Below, piece after piece: positions 9,843 to 19,434 of a stretch of DNA of 64,000 bases. Location of the stretch: positions 704,001-768,000 of the forward strand of contig CAWFXA010000003.1 of the NCBI GenBank assembly GCA_963819655.1, given 5' to 3'. The notes beneath the pieces were generated by a model. The model searched no databases and was not told where the DNA came from. It saw only the letters and a list, made by a program, of their open reading frames with translations. The translations under genes were made by a program, and so were the position numbers. Positions within the stretch are counted from its first letter, which is position 1; every line of letters begins with the position of its first letter. This DNA comes from an uncultured Chloroflexia bacterium. GTDB taxonomy: Bacteria > Chloroflexota > Limnocylindria > Limnocylindrales > CSP1-4.

Positions 9843-10388
9843 TCACTCCGGGCGGAATGCCTTCAAGGCTTCGAGGCGCGGATCGATGTCGTCGTCCGGG
9901 TGGTCGTGCTCGCCCTCGTCGAGCGGCAGCCCGCACACGACGCACAAGCCGGGACAATCCGGGCGGTCGAGCGGGGCGATCGGCTCGGCCAGGATGATCG
10001 CGTCGCGCACGGACGGCTCGAGATCGAGCTCGTGGTGGTCGGTCAGCCGGAGGGCGTCCGGCTCGGCGTCGGCGTCGACCGCGCGGCCGGTCTGCAGGTC
10101 GACCGAGGGCAGGTACTCCTCAGCGAGCTTGACGTCGATCGGTGTCGTCAGGGGCCGCAGGCAGCGGGCGCACTCACCGGCGAGCGACGTGGTGAGCCGA
10201 GCGTCGGCGAAGATCCCGCGATTGGTGCGTGTTAGGCGGACCTGTCCGGAGATCGGCTCGGCGAGCACCAGGTCCGGAAGCTCGACCTGCGCGTCTGCGA
10301 CGTCGTAGGTCCGACCCGCACCGACATCGTCGCCGAGCAGGCCGGACACGTTCCAGGTGAAGGGGCCGTCGGTCGAAGGGGCGCTCAT
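9843..10388 (-). CDS. yceD: YceD/DUF177 family protein
   Basis: ECARCL...CPGLCVVCG...IDPRLEAL; upstream of rpmF. Confidence 0.92.
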   Translation of the reverse strand: MSAPSTDGPFTWNVSGLLGDDVGAGRTYDVADAQVELPDLVLAEPISGQVRLTRTNRGIFADARLTTSLAGECARCLRPLTTPIDVKLAEEYLPSVDLQTGRAVDADAEPDALRLTDHHELDLEPSVRDAIILAEPIAPLDRPDCPGLCVVCGLPLDEGEHDHPDDDIDPRLEALKAFRPE

Positions 10389-10398
10389 CGGCGCTACG

Positions 10399-10956
10399 TC
10401 ACGTCCGGGCGGGCGCTGCGGCGTCCTCCGCCTCGTCGTTCCACTGGTCGTCCTCGAGGCGTGCCTCGCCTGGGTCGCCGGGGACCTCGGGCGGCAGCGC
10501 CATCAGTGTCGCGCGCCGTTCGTCGAGCAGGTTCAGGCCCTTCTGGATGCTCTGGAGCGTTCTGTGGACGTCGCCCTCCAGGCCCTCGAGCACGCTCACG
10601 GCGTACTCGTCGGCGCCGGCCCGGATCCGGTCGGCATCTCCGTGGGCCTCCTCGATGACACGGCGGCTTTCCGTCTCGGCCGCCTGGGTCAGGCCGCGCT
10701 CGTCGATCAGGAAGGCAGCCTGTTCCTGCGCACGGCCGACGATCCGCTCCGCCTCTTCCTGCGCCTTCTCGATGATGCGCTCGCCCTCGGAGTTGATCCG
10801 CTTCGCCGCTCGGACTTCTTCGGGGACGGCGACCCGGAGCTCGTCGATGAGCCCAAGAGCAGCGTTCTGGTCGACCACCACATTCGTCGTGAGCGGCAGT
10901 TTCTTGCCGTTGGCGATGAGCGATTCGAGACGCTCGACGAGGAAGATGATGTCGAT
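10399..10956 (-). CDS. DivIVA-like coiled-coil protein of the coaD-yceD locus; probable ATC start
   Basis: Frame extends to (M)DIIFLVERLESLIANGKKLPLT; GGAGG 9 nt before ATC 10956; ORF track start is 10881. Confidence 0.8.
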   Translation of the reverse strand: MDIIFLVERLESLIANGKKLPLTTNVVVDQNAALGLIDELRVAVPEEVRAAKRINSEGERIIEKAQEEAERIVGRAQEQAAFLIDERGLTQAAETESRRVIEEAHGDADRIRAGADEYAVSVLEGLEGDVHRTLQSIQKGLNLLDERRATLMALPPEVPGDPGEARLEDDQWNDEAEDAAAPART

Positions 10957-11001
10957 GTCGGTGGCCCTCCTGCGCCGTCGATTATGGCACGGGCCGCTCG
11001 G

Positions 11002-11496
11002 TCAGCGACGAGCGAAGGCTCGTTCCAGGGCTGCGCGAGCCGCCGGCGGCACCATGGTCGAGACGTCGCCACCGAACGACGCGATCTCCTTCACCAGGCT
11101 CGAGCTCACGTAGCTGTTGGCGGCCGAGGTCATGAAGAAGACCGAATCGACGTGGGGCGCCAGGACCCGGTTGTTGTGGGCAAGCTGCAGCTCCGCCTCG
11201 AAGTCACTGATCGCGCGCAGGCCGCGGACGATCGCACCAGCGTCGCGGGCGCGGGCGAAGTCGACGGTCAGCCCGTCGAACGAGGCGACCTCGATCCGGT
11301 CGGCGTCGACGGCATGCTCGAGCAGGGCTTGGCGGATGATCCCGATGCGCTCGTCGACCGACAGGAGGGGCGCCTTCCGCGGGTTGGCGAGGACGGCGAC
11401 CACGACCGTGTCGAACACATTCGCGGCGCGCTCGACGATGTCGAGATGGCCGTTCGTGATCGGGTCGAACGAGCCGGGATAGACCGCGACGCTCAT
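11002..11496 (-). CDS. coaD: Phosphopantetheine adenylyltransferase
   Basis: AVYPGSFDPITNGHLDI, RGLRAISDF, SSSLVKE. Confidence 0.97.
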   Translation of the reverse strand: MSVAVYPGSFDPITNGHLDIVERAANVFDTVVVAVLANPRKAPLLSVDERIGIIRQALLEHAVDADRIEVASFDGLTVDFARARDAGAIVRGLRAISDFEAELQLAHNNRVLAPHVDSVFFMTSAANSYVSSSLVKEIASFGGDVSTMVPPAARAALERAFARR

Positions 11497-12098
11497 GCCT
11501 CCTCCGTGCTCTCCGCTGGACCGGGCGTCGGGTCGCGCCGCCCGTAGAACGTCAGCGCAGTCTCGCCGAACCGGCGCTCGCGCTCGGATGCTAGCAGCCC
11601 GATGGCCGTCGGCGGAGTCGTGCGCCAGAAGTGCTTCGCGACGACGCGGGCGTCCGGAGCGACGAGCGGCGGCAGGTGCTCGAGGGCGCTGCGGAGCGCG
11701 GTCTCGTCGTCGTAGGGCGGGTCGACGAAAGCCATGTCGAAGGGTTGCTCGTGACTCCGGCCGGCGTCGCGCAGCCACGTCAGGGCATCGGCGCGGACGA
11801 TCCTGGCGCGGCCTCCGGCGCGCAGTCCGGTGCGCTCGAGGTTGGACTCGATGACACCGATGGCGGCGCGGTCGCGCTCGACGAAGGTGGCGTGGGCCGC
11901 GCCCCTCGACAGCGCCTCGATGCCGGCCGCGCCGCTCCCCGCGAACAGGTCGAGGAAACGAGCGCCGCGCAGATCCGGCTCGAGGATCGCGAACAGCGTC
12001 TGCTTGACGCGATCGCCCAGGGGCCTGGTGTTCGGTCCGGGCGCCTCGAGCCGGATCGAGCGGGCGGTACCCGCGATGACCCGGCCGGCGTCAGGCAC
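11493..12098 (-). CDS. rsmD: 16S rRNA m2G966 methyltransferase
   Basis: RVIAG, LDLFAGSGA.GIEALSRGA, DPPY. Confidence 0.95.
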   Translation of the reverse strand: MPDAGRVIAGTARSIRLEAPGPNTRPLGDRVKQTLFAILEPDLRGARFLDLFAGSGAAGIEALSRGAAHATFVERDRAAIGVIESNLERTGLRAGGRARIVRADALTWLRDAGRSHEQPFDMAFVDPPYDDETALRSALEHLPPLVAPDARVVAKHFWRTTPPTAIGLLASERERRFGETALTFYGRRDPTPGPAESTEEA

Positions 12099-12107
12099 GA
12101 GAGCAGG

Positions 12108-14327
12108 TCATGAGCCGGAGGCCGGGTCGGCGGTCGCGAGACGGCGAAGCCAACCGGTCGCCAGCTCCGCGGCGAGCGGTTCCAGGTCCGATCGCCCGGG
12201 ATCGAGCGCGCCATCGGCGTCGAGCAGACGCTCGGCTGCGGCTCGCGCCTGGACCGCGAGTTCGCGATGGTCGGTCCGTGTCAACGATGCGACACGCATC
12301 CCCGGCAGACCGCTCTGGGCGAAGCCGAGCACGTCGCCCTCGCGTCGCAGCTCGAAGTCGCGCTCGGCCAGCTCGAACCCGTCGGACAGGTCGGCGATAG
12401 CGCGCAGACGGGCGACGGCGGTCTCGTCGGTCGCGCTCGATACGAGCACGCAGTAGGACTCGACGGTCCCGCGACCCACCCGGCCACGCAGCTGGTGCAA
12501 CTGAGCCAAACCGAACCGATCGGCGTTCTGGACGATCATCATCGTCGCCTCGGGGACGTCGACCCCCACCTCGACAACGGTCGTGCCGACCAGCACGTCC
12601 AGGTCGCCGTCGCGGAACCGGCCCATCTCGGTATCACGGTCGAGCGGGCGCATCCGCCCGTGGACCAACCCGACACGCAGCGGCGCCAGCAGCTCCGTCA
12701 GCCGTTGCGCCTCTGTCTCCGCCGCCACGGCCGAACCCGCGCTGCCGTCGTCGACGCCGTCGCTGCCCTCCTCGATCAGCGGCACCACGACGAACGTGCG
12801 ATGACCGGCGGCGGCCTCCTCACGGACCTTGGCCCACGTCGGCTCGAGCCGGTCGGGCGTGCGGATCCCGGTCCGGATCGGGACGCGGCCGGCGGGGGGT
12901 GTGCGCAGGTCGGACACGTCGAGGTCGGCGTACAGCACCTGGCCGAGCGTCCGCGGGATCGGTGTCGCGGTCATCAGCAGCACGTGAGGCGTCACACCAT
13001 CTGCGGCCTTGGCCTCGAGCTGGCCGCGCTGCTCGACCCCGAAGCGGTGCTGCTCATCGACGACTGCGAGGCCCAGCCGAGCGAACGTCACCGACTCGCT
13101 GAACAGGGCGTGCGTCCCGACGATCACCGAAGCCTGGCCCGAGGCGATCAGGTCGTTGGCGTGGGCCCGGTCGCGCGCGTTCAAGGATCCGGTGACCAGC
13201 AGCACGTCGACGCCCGCCCCGACGAGGAGCGCGCCGACGGTGTCCCGGTGCTGGCGTGCCAGCAGGTCGGTCGGCGCCAGGAGGGCGCCCTGGTAGCCGG
13301 CTCGTGCGGCGGCCGCGAGGGCGTAGGCCGCCACTGCGGTCTTGCCCGAGCCGACGTCGCCCTGCAGGAGCCGCAGCATCGGCGTCGAGGCCGCGAGATC
13401 TGCCCGGATGGCATCGATCGACGCGGTCTGGTCGGTAGTCAGCTCGACCGGATGGCCGATGCGCGCCCCGAGCGCGTCAACGAGCGCCCCGCGGATCACT
13501 GCATCCGTCCCGTCGTCGACCTCGACCACCGGAGCCCGATCGCGGCCGCGCGCCCGGCGCCGACCGACCATCCCGATCTGGAGGGCAAGCAGCTCGTCGA
13601 ACGCGAGGCGACGGAGCGAAGCGTCCCGTCCCTCGAACGACTCCGGATAATGGGCAGACTCGATCGACTCGGCGATGCCCCCGAGCCGCTCCTCGCGGCG
13701 CAGGTCCGCCGGGAGGTACTCCGGGTAGGCGTACCCGGCGCGGTCGAGAGCCTCGCGCATGGCGACCCGCAGGCGCGCGGCGGTCAACCCGGCCGTCAAT
13801 CGATAGACCGGCACGATCCGCCCGGCGTGGAGCACCTCGCCGTCACCCTCGACCGCCTGGAACTCGGGGTTATCGATCGTGAGCGACCGGCCGAACCGCT
13901 TCAACCGGCCCGAGACGACGATCTGTTGCCCCTTCTTCAGCCGCCGCTCGATGAACCGCCGGCCGAACCATGTCGCCTCGATCTGGCCGGTCTCGTCGCT
14001 GAGGCGGGCGATCGTGCGCTGGACGCGGCGACGCCAGGACGCCTCGACCCTGACGGAGTCGACCTGGACACGTGCCGAGACTACGGTCCCCTCCTCTGCC
14101 CAGACGAGGTCACCCAATCTCGACAGCTCCCGCAGATCGTCGTACCTGCGCGGGAGGTGGAACAGCAGGTCGCGCACGTCGTACCAGCCGAGCCGGATCC
14201 CGGCGCGTCGCAGCAGACCGGCGGCGGTCAACCCCGAATGAGCCAGCGGCGTGCGCAGGAGCTCGACCGGGTCGGTGGGTGCCGGCGGGAGCTTCGGTTT
14301 CCGGGGCGCGCTCGCGGTCTTCGCCAT
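12108..14327 (-). CDS. recG: ATP-dependent DNA helicase RecG
   Basis: QGDVGSGKT, DEQHRFG, MTATPIPRTL, QLHQLRGRVGRG. Confidence 0.97.
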   Translation of the reverse strand: MAKTASAPRKPKLPPAPTDPVELLRTPLAHSGLTAAGLLRRAGIRLGWYDVRDLLFHLPRRYDDLRELSRLGDLVWAEEGTVVSARVQVDSVRVEASWRRRVQRTIARLSDETGQIEATWFGRRFIERRLKKGQQIVVSGRLKRFGRSLTIDNPEFQAVEGDGEVLHAGRIVPVYRLTAGLTAARLRVAMREALDRAGYAYPEYLPADLRREERLGGIAESIESAHYPESFEGRDASLRRLAFDELLALQIGMVGRRRARGRDRAPVVEVDDGTDAVIRGALVDALGARIGHPVELTTDQTASIDAIRADLAASTPMLRLLQGDVGSGKTAVAAYALAAAARAGYQGALLAPTDLLARQHRDTVGALLVGAGVDVLLVTGSLNARDRAHANDLIASGQASVIVGTHALFSESVTFARLGLAVVDEQHRFGVEQRGQLEAKAADGVTPHVLLMTATPIPRTLGQVLYADLDVSDLRTPPAGRVPIRTGIRTPDRLEPTWAKVREEAAAGHRTFVVVPLIEEGSDGVDDGSAGSAVAAETEAQRLTELLAPLRVGLVHGRMRPLDRDTEMGRFRDGDLDVLVGTTVVEVGVDVPEATMMIVQNADRFGLAQLHQLRGRVGRGTVESYCVLVSSATDETAVARLRAIADLSDGFELAERDFELRREGDVLGFAQSGLPGMRVASLTRTDHRELAVQARAAAERLLDADGALDPGRSDLEPLAAELATGWLRRLATADPASGS

Positions 14328-14336
14328 CGAGACCGG

Positions 14337-16046
14337 CTACTCGGCCGAGATGAGATACCGGTAGAAGGGCTGACCGCCGTGCCGGACCTCGATCTCGACG
14401 CCGGGCACCGTCGTGCCGATCGTGCGAGCCATCGCCTCGGCCTCGGCGAGGTCCGCGCCGTCCCCGTAGAACAGCGTCACGAGCTCGAACCCCGGGGTCA
14501 GCGCGGCCATGGCGCTCAGGACGGCCTTCTGGCGGTCGTTGTTCACCGCGACCAGTCCGTCGTCGGGGTCGAGGGCGATCGTCTGGCCCCGCTTCACCTT
14601 CTTGCCGCCGATCGTCGCATCCCGAACCGCCTCGGTGACGACCACGGTCTGGATCGCCCGGCCGGCCTCGGTCATCGGGCCGACGTTGGCGGCGGCGTCG
14701 ACCCCGGGATCCAGGGCGAGGAGCGCGGCGAAGCCCTCGGCGGCGTTCCGCGTCGGGACGACCTGGACGGGTCGGTCGGTCATCGATGCGACCTGCCGAG
14801 CGGCGAGGATGACGTTCGGGTTGTTCGGCAGCAGCAGGACCTCCTTTGCGGGGACCGCACCGACCGCCTCCAGCAGCTCGCCGGTGCTCGGGTTCGCGCT
14901 CTGGCCACCCTGGACGACCGACGCGACGCCGAACTCGCGAAAGATCGCGGCGAGGCCGTCCCCCGACGCGACCGCGATGACCGCCAGGCCGGGAAGGTCG
15001 GCTGTGGCCCCAGACCCGTTGCCACGATCGGTACCGCCGTCCGGCCTGGCGATGCTCTGTTCACTGGCCTCCGGGGACGGTGTACCGGTGAACGCGGCGG
15101 CCCGTGTCTCGCGGACGTCCTGCGCCTGGTTGTCGAGGTTCTCGACCGTGATGCGGCTCAGGTCACCGAGCGACAGGCCGTACCCGATGACGAGGTCCGG
15201 GCGCTCGTTGTGGACGTGCACCTTGAGCGCGCGCGCGTCGCCGGCCACGAGGACCGACTCGCCGATCGATTCGAGGTGATCGCGGATGGCGTCGACATCG
15301 AGCAGCTGACGGTCGGCTGCCCTCAGCAGGAACATCGTCTCGTAGCCGAAGCCCTCGTCGGCGCGGGCAACGAGCGTGCTTGGCGCCGGGCCGGCCGTCG
15401 TGCGCCCCCGCGCGGCCCGCACAGGGGTCTTGCCCGTCATGTGCAGCAGCGCACCCTGGAACAGCCGGTACAGCCCCTGGCCACCCGAGTCGACGACACC
15501 GGCCTCGCGCAGGATCGCCAGCAGGCTCGGCGTCCTGGCCACGGACTTCTCGGCGGCCTTCAGCGTCGCGCTTAGGACGGCCTCGATGTCGTCGTCGCGT
15601 TCCGCGGCCGCGACCGCCCCCGTCGCCGACTCGCGGATGACCGTGAGGATCGTCCCCTCGACCGGTTTGGCGACCGCCCCATAGGCCGTCTTGGCGCCCT
15701 CACTCAGGGCGTGGGCGAGATCCAGGCCGTTGAACCGCTTCTTGCCGCCGAGAGCCTCGGCCATGCCGCGAAAGATCTGGCTCGTGATGACCCCAGAGTT
15801 GCCGCGGGCTCCCATGAGGGCTCCGAAGCTGATGGCGGCGGCGACCCGGTCGGCGGGCTGGCCGGCGACGGCCTCGGCCTCGTCGAGCGCGGCCTTGACG
15901 GTCGCGAACATGTTCGAACCCGTATCGCCGTCAGGGACCGGATAGACGTTGAGGCTGTTGATCTCGTCGACGTGGGCCTCGAGGTTCGCGACCGCCGCGC
16001 GGAACGCGTCGAGCAGACCCGTCCCGTCGCAGGCGCGGCGCGCCAT
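14337..16046 (-). CDS. fakA: DAK2-domain fatty acid kinase subunit A (FakA/YloV family)
   Basis: NVYPVPDGDTGSNM, GARGNSGVI, GVVDSGG, GGQSANPS. Confidence 0.9.
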   Translation of the reverse strand: MARRACDGTGLLDAFRAAVANLEAHVDEINSLNVYPVPDGDTGSNMFATVKAALDEAEAVAGQPADRVAAAISFGALMGARGNSGVITSQIFRGMAEALGGKKRFNGLDLAHALSEGAKTAYGAVAKPVEGTILTVIRESATGAVAAAERDDDIEAVLSATLKAAEKSVARTPSLLAILREAGVVDSGGQGLYRLFQGALLHMTGKTPVRAARGRTTAGPAPSTLVARADEGFGYETMFLLRAADRQLLDVDAIRDHLESIGESVLVAGDARALKVHVHNERPDLVIGYGLSLGDLSRITVENLDNQAQDVRETRAAAFTGTPSPEASEQSIARPDGGTDRGNGSGATADLPGLAVIAVASGDGLAAIFREFGVASVVQGGQSANPSTGELLEAVGAVPAKEVLLLPNNPNVILAARQVASMTDRPVQVVPTRNAAEGFAALLALDPGVDAAANVGPMTEAGRAIQTVVVTEAVRDATIGGKKVKRGQTIALDPDDGLVAVNNDRQKAVLSAMAALTPGFELVTLFYGDGADLAEAEAMARTIGTTVPGVEIEVRHGGQPFYRYLISAE

Positions 16047-16472
16047 CTAGGCGACGTCCGTCCCGCTGTCGGCCAGATCTCGGGGTCGGATGCCACCGAC
16101 CGGCAGGGTGGTCGGCGCGACGGGGACGTTGCCGCCCGTCGGGACGTGCAGACCGTCGATGTGGATGATGATCCGGGCGACGTCGCGTTCCAGCGCGCGG
16201 CGGATCGAATACCTGATCGCGGAATTGACCTGCCGGGCGACCTCGGCGATCGGCACGCCGAGCGCGACCGTGATGTCGAGCTCGATCTCGATCCCGTCAT
16301 CGAGTCGGACCGCGAGCCCGGGCTGAGCCAGCCCCAGGCGGCCGATGAGGCGGCTCAAGGGGCCGCCGGCGAACCCGGTCACGCCGTACGACCCGAGGGT
16401 CGCCGTGCGGATGATGTCGTGCAGAGCGCGGCCGGTGACGAGCGATCGGCCGGGCGTGGGGCGGATGGCCAC
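16047..16472 (-). CDS. Asp23/Gls24 family protein (YloU-like)
   Basis: ATLGSYGVTG...GVPIAEVARQV; GTG 16472 preceded by GGGAG; between rpmB and the DAK2 gene. Confidence 0.85.
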   Translation of the reverse strand: MAIRPTPGRSLVTGRALHDIIRTATLGSYGVTGFAGGPLSRLIGRLGLAQPGLAVRLDDGIEIELDITVALGVPIAEVARQVNSAIRYSIRRALERDVARIIIHIDGLHVPTGGNVPVAPTTLPVGGIRPRDLADSGTDVA

Positions 16473-16595
16473 GCTGGCTGGGTCTCCCTGGTGGGCTCCC
16501 ACGGCGGGCTGGCCGGAAGCGCGTGCTATCATACCGCCCCGCTCGGGCCAGCCAGCCTGATGCACCTGTCCCTGAAGCGCTTTCTGAGGAATCAC

Positions 16596-16793
16596 ATGGC
16601 CCGCTCCTGCGCGATCTGCGGCAAGGTCTCGATGGGCGGTTTCAACCCGCAGTCGTCGGGTTCGAACCGCGTTCGAGCTCACCGCCGCATGCAGCCCAAC
16701 CTGCAGCCGCTCGTCATCGAGCGGCATGGCGCCCCGGTCAAGGCGCTCGTCTGCACGCGCTGCCGGCGCACGCTGCTCAAAGCCTCGAAGTAG
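16596..16793 (+). CDS. rpmB: 50S ribosomal protein L28
   Basis: MARSCAICGK...PNLQ...VCTRC; GAGGA upstream. Confidence 0.95.
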   Translation: MARSCAICGKVSMGGFNPQSSGSNRVRAHRRMQPNLQPLVIERHGAPVKALVCTRCRRTLLKASK

Positions 16794-16830
16794 GGCGCCG
16801 GGCCCGCCGACGGCTCTCCCTGTCGGCGGC

Positions 16831-17277
16831 CTACCGCTCGGCGGTATCGAGCCAGATCGTGAACGGGCCGTCGTTCACGAGCTCGAGCGCCATCTCGGCA
16901 CCGAAGCGGCCGGTTCCGACGCGCACGTCGTGTTCCCGCAACGCGGCCGCGAACCTCTCGTAGAGGCGCTCGGCGTGCTCCGGCGCGGCGGCCTGGGTGA
17001 ACCCCGGCCGGCGGCCACGACTCGTGTCGGCGAACAACGTGAACTGCGACACGACCAGGGCCTCACCGCGGACGTCGATCAGCGACCGATTGGTCCGCCC
17101 CTCCTCGTCGCGGAAGATCCGCAGCTCGGTGACGCGCCGTGCCAGGGCATCGGCGATCGCCGGATCGTCCTCGTGCGAGACCCCTACCAGGATCGCCAGA
17201 CCCGGCCCGATCGACGCAAGCACCTCGTCGCCGACCCGCACCGACGCTCCCGACACCCGCTGGAGGAGGGCGCGCAC
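16831..17277 (-). CDS. dtd: D-aminoacyl-tRNA deacylase
   Basis: MRALLQRV, SQFTL, NDGPFT. Confidence 0.96.
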   Translation of the reverse strand: MRALLQRVSGASVRVGDEVLASIGPGLAILVGVSHEDDPAIADALARRVTELRIFRDEEGRTNRSLIDVRGEALVVSQFTLFADTSRGRRPGFTQAAAPEHAERLYERFAAALREHDVRVGTGRFGAEMALELVNDGPFTIWLDTAER

Positions 17278-17281
17278 GCCG

Positions 17282-18250
17282 TCAGGCCTTGGCCGCGAAC
17301 GACGCGCGCCACGCGTCCGCCTCAGCCATGAGGTCGTCGCGGGTCGGTCCGTGGTGCTCGATGACGTGCCGTTCGACCGCGGCTGGGATCAGCAGGTCGT
17401 AATCGCGGACGCCGTCCGGGTTGATCTGGCCGTCGCCGCGCAGCATCATCACCGGGATCCCGGTCCCCTCGATCTCGTCCATCAGGCGATGGGCGAGGTG
17501 CTTGGGCAGCGACGCGAAGCGCGTCATCCGGTCGGCCGGGATAGGCGGATCGCCGCCGTTCGGGCCGTACTGGAAGCCCTCGTCGGCGAGGGCCCGGATC
17601 AGCCGCACCTCGCGGCCCATGTCGCGGCCCCGGACGAACAGCGCAGACCCGACGACGAACACGTCGACGCCGTGCGACCCGGCGAACTCGGCCGTCTCAC
17701 GGTTGACACCGCCATCGACGTGGATCTCGCCGCCGTACAGCTTGCTCCGCAGCACATGACGCGCACCCGGCGCCTTGGCGGCGAGGACGTCGGCCATGAA
17801 CAGCTGCCCGCCAAAGCCCGGCTCGACGGTCATGATCAGCACGATGTCGAGCAGCTCGGCGTACGGCTCGAGGGCCTCGATCGGGGTCCCGGGCCGGACC
17901 GACAGGCCGGCAGCAAGGCCGGCGTCTCGGATCGCGACAAGGGTGGGTTCGATCGGTTCCTCGATCTCGACGTGGAACGTGATCGAGTCGCAGCCGGCGT
18001 CGATGAACTGGTCGATGTACCGGCTCGGCTCGCTGATCATGAGGTGGGCGTCGAAGGGCACGGTCGTGCGCGGGCGGAGCGCCTTGACGGTCCTCGGTCC
18101 GAACGTGATGTTCGGGACGAAGTGGCCGTCCATCACGTCGAGGTGAACCCGATCGACCCCGGCGGCGACGACCCTCCGCAGCGCGTTCGCGAGGTTGCCG
18201 AGATCGGCGTCGAGGATGCTCGCGGCGATGCGCGCCCGGCCGTCTCCCAT
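17282..18250 (-). CDS. rpe: Ribulose-phosphate 3-epimerase with ~100-aa C-terminal extension
   Basis: HLDVMDGHFVPN, DAHLM, MTVEPGFGGQ, VDGGVN. Confidence 0.94.
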   Translation of the reverse strand: MGDGRARIAASILDADLGNLANALRRVVAAGVDRVHLDVMDGHFVPNITFGPRTVKALRPRTTVPFDAHLMISEPSRYIDQFIDAGCDSITFHVEIEEPIEPTLVAIRDAGLAAGLSVRPGTPIEALEPYAELLDIVLIMTVEPGFGGQLFMADVLAAKAPGARHVLRSKLYGGEIHVDGGVNRETAEFAGSHGVDVFVVGSALFVRGRDMGREVRLIRALADEGFQYGPNGGDPPIPADRMTRFASLPKHLAHRLMDEIEGTGIPVMMLRGDGQINPDGVRDYDLLIPAAVERHVIEHHGPTRDDLMAEADAWRASFAAKA

Positions 18251-18252
18251 CG

Positions 18253-19434
18253 CTACTCGCCGACCCCGACCGGGACCGGTTCGTGGCTCCGCTCGCCACG
18301 GAGCGCAGCGGCGCTCTCCTCCTCGAGTCGCTCTCGACGCCGGGCCACGGCGGGAGCCGGCGGCTCACCGGCGCGCTCCGCGGCGAGCTGGCCACAGGCG
18401 GCCCCGACCTCCTGGCCCCGATTGCGCCGGATCGTGGTCGAGATCCCGGCATCGCGCAGCGTCGCGGCGAAGCGTTCGATGACCGCCATCGGGCTGGCCT
18501 GCCAGGGGGTATGGGCGACCGGGTTCATCGGGATCAGGTTGACGTGAGCGTGGTCGCCACGGAGCAGGTCGGCCATGGCTTGCGCGTCCATCTGTGTGTC
18601 GTTCACGCCGCCGATCATGGTCGTCTCGTAGGTGATCCGCCGGCCCGTCGCGGCGGCGTGGTCGCGCGCGGCGGCGACCACCTCGGCGACCGGCCAGCGC
18701 CGGTTCAGCGGCACCAGCACGTCACGCAACGCGTCGCGCGCCGCGTGCAGCGACACCGCGAGCGTGAACTGCGGGCCGAGCGCCGTCAGCCGCCGGATGC
18801 CCGGCACGACCCCCGACGTGGAGACCGTGATGTGCCGCGCACCCAGACCGAACCGCCGAGGATCGTTGAGCGCCTCGACCGCGCCCAGGACCCGGTCGAG
18901 GTTGAGCAGCGGTTCGCCCATCCCCATGAACACGATGTTGGTGAGGTGGCCGCCGTCGGCAGCCAGCCGGCGCTGCGCATGCCGCGCCTGGTCGACGATC
19001 TCGGCGACCTCGAGGTCGCGCCCGGCGCCGAGCTCGCCCGTGGCGCAGAACGGGCACCCGACGGCACAGCCGGCCTGGCTCGAGATGCACAGCGTGTGGC
19101 GTTCCCGTGACGCGCCGCGAGCCGGGTAATGCATCAGGACGGATTCGATCAGGGCGCCATCATCGAGTCGGTGGAGGGCCTTCTCGGTCGCGCCGCCGTC
19201 GGCCAGCCTTATCTCCGTGTCCGCCACCGTGTCGAGCAGGAAGTCGCGCGCCAGCGCCTCGCGCAGGGGACCCGGGAGGACCCGGATCGCGGCGGCTTCC
19301 GTCACGCCGCCGTCCTTCCAGACGGCGTCCGCGATCTGGCGGGCGCGGTACGACGGCTGGCCCTGCGCCTCGACCCACGCGGTCAGCTGCTCCGGGGTGA
19401 GACCGGAGATCCCCGGCGTCGTGGTCGTCGTCAC
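18253..19434 (-). CDS. rlmN: 23S rRNA/tRNA m2A methyltransferase RlmN (radical SAM)
   Basis: CISSQAGCAVGCPFC, FMGMGEP, AACGQL. Confidence 0.96.
   Translation of the reverse strand: MTTTTTPGISGLTPEQLTAWVEAQGQPSYRARQIADAVWKDGGVTEAAAIRVLPGPLREALARDFLLDTVADTEIRLADGGATEKALHRLDDGALIESVLMHYPARGASRERHTLCISSQAGCAVGCPFCATGELGAGRDLEVAEIVDQARHAQRRLAADGGHLTNIVFMGMGEPLLNLDRVLGAVEALNDPRRFGLGARHITVSTSGVVPGIRRLTALGPQFTLAVSLHAARDALRDVLVPLNRRWPVAEVVAAARDHAAATGRRITYETTMIGGVNDTQMDAQAMADLLRGDHAHVNLIPMNPVAHTPWQASPMAVIERFAATLRDAGISTTIRRNRGQEVGAACGQLAAERAGEPPAPAVARRRERLEEESAAALRGERSHEPVPVGVGE

Noticed and set aside
12267-15575. 1102-aa plus-strand ORF, and similar long ORFs such as 4231-6459, 22091-23440, 48955-50985 and 54990-56879
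   Set aside because: Antisense or alternate-frame shadows of clear genes in high-GC DNA; no motifs.
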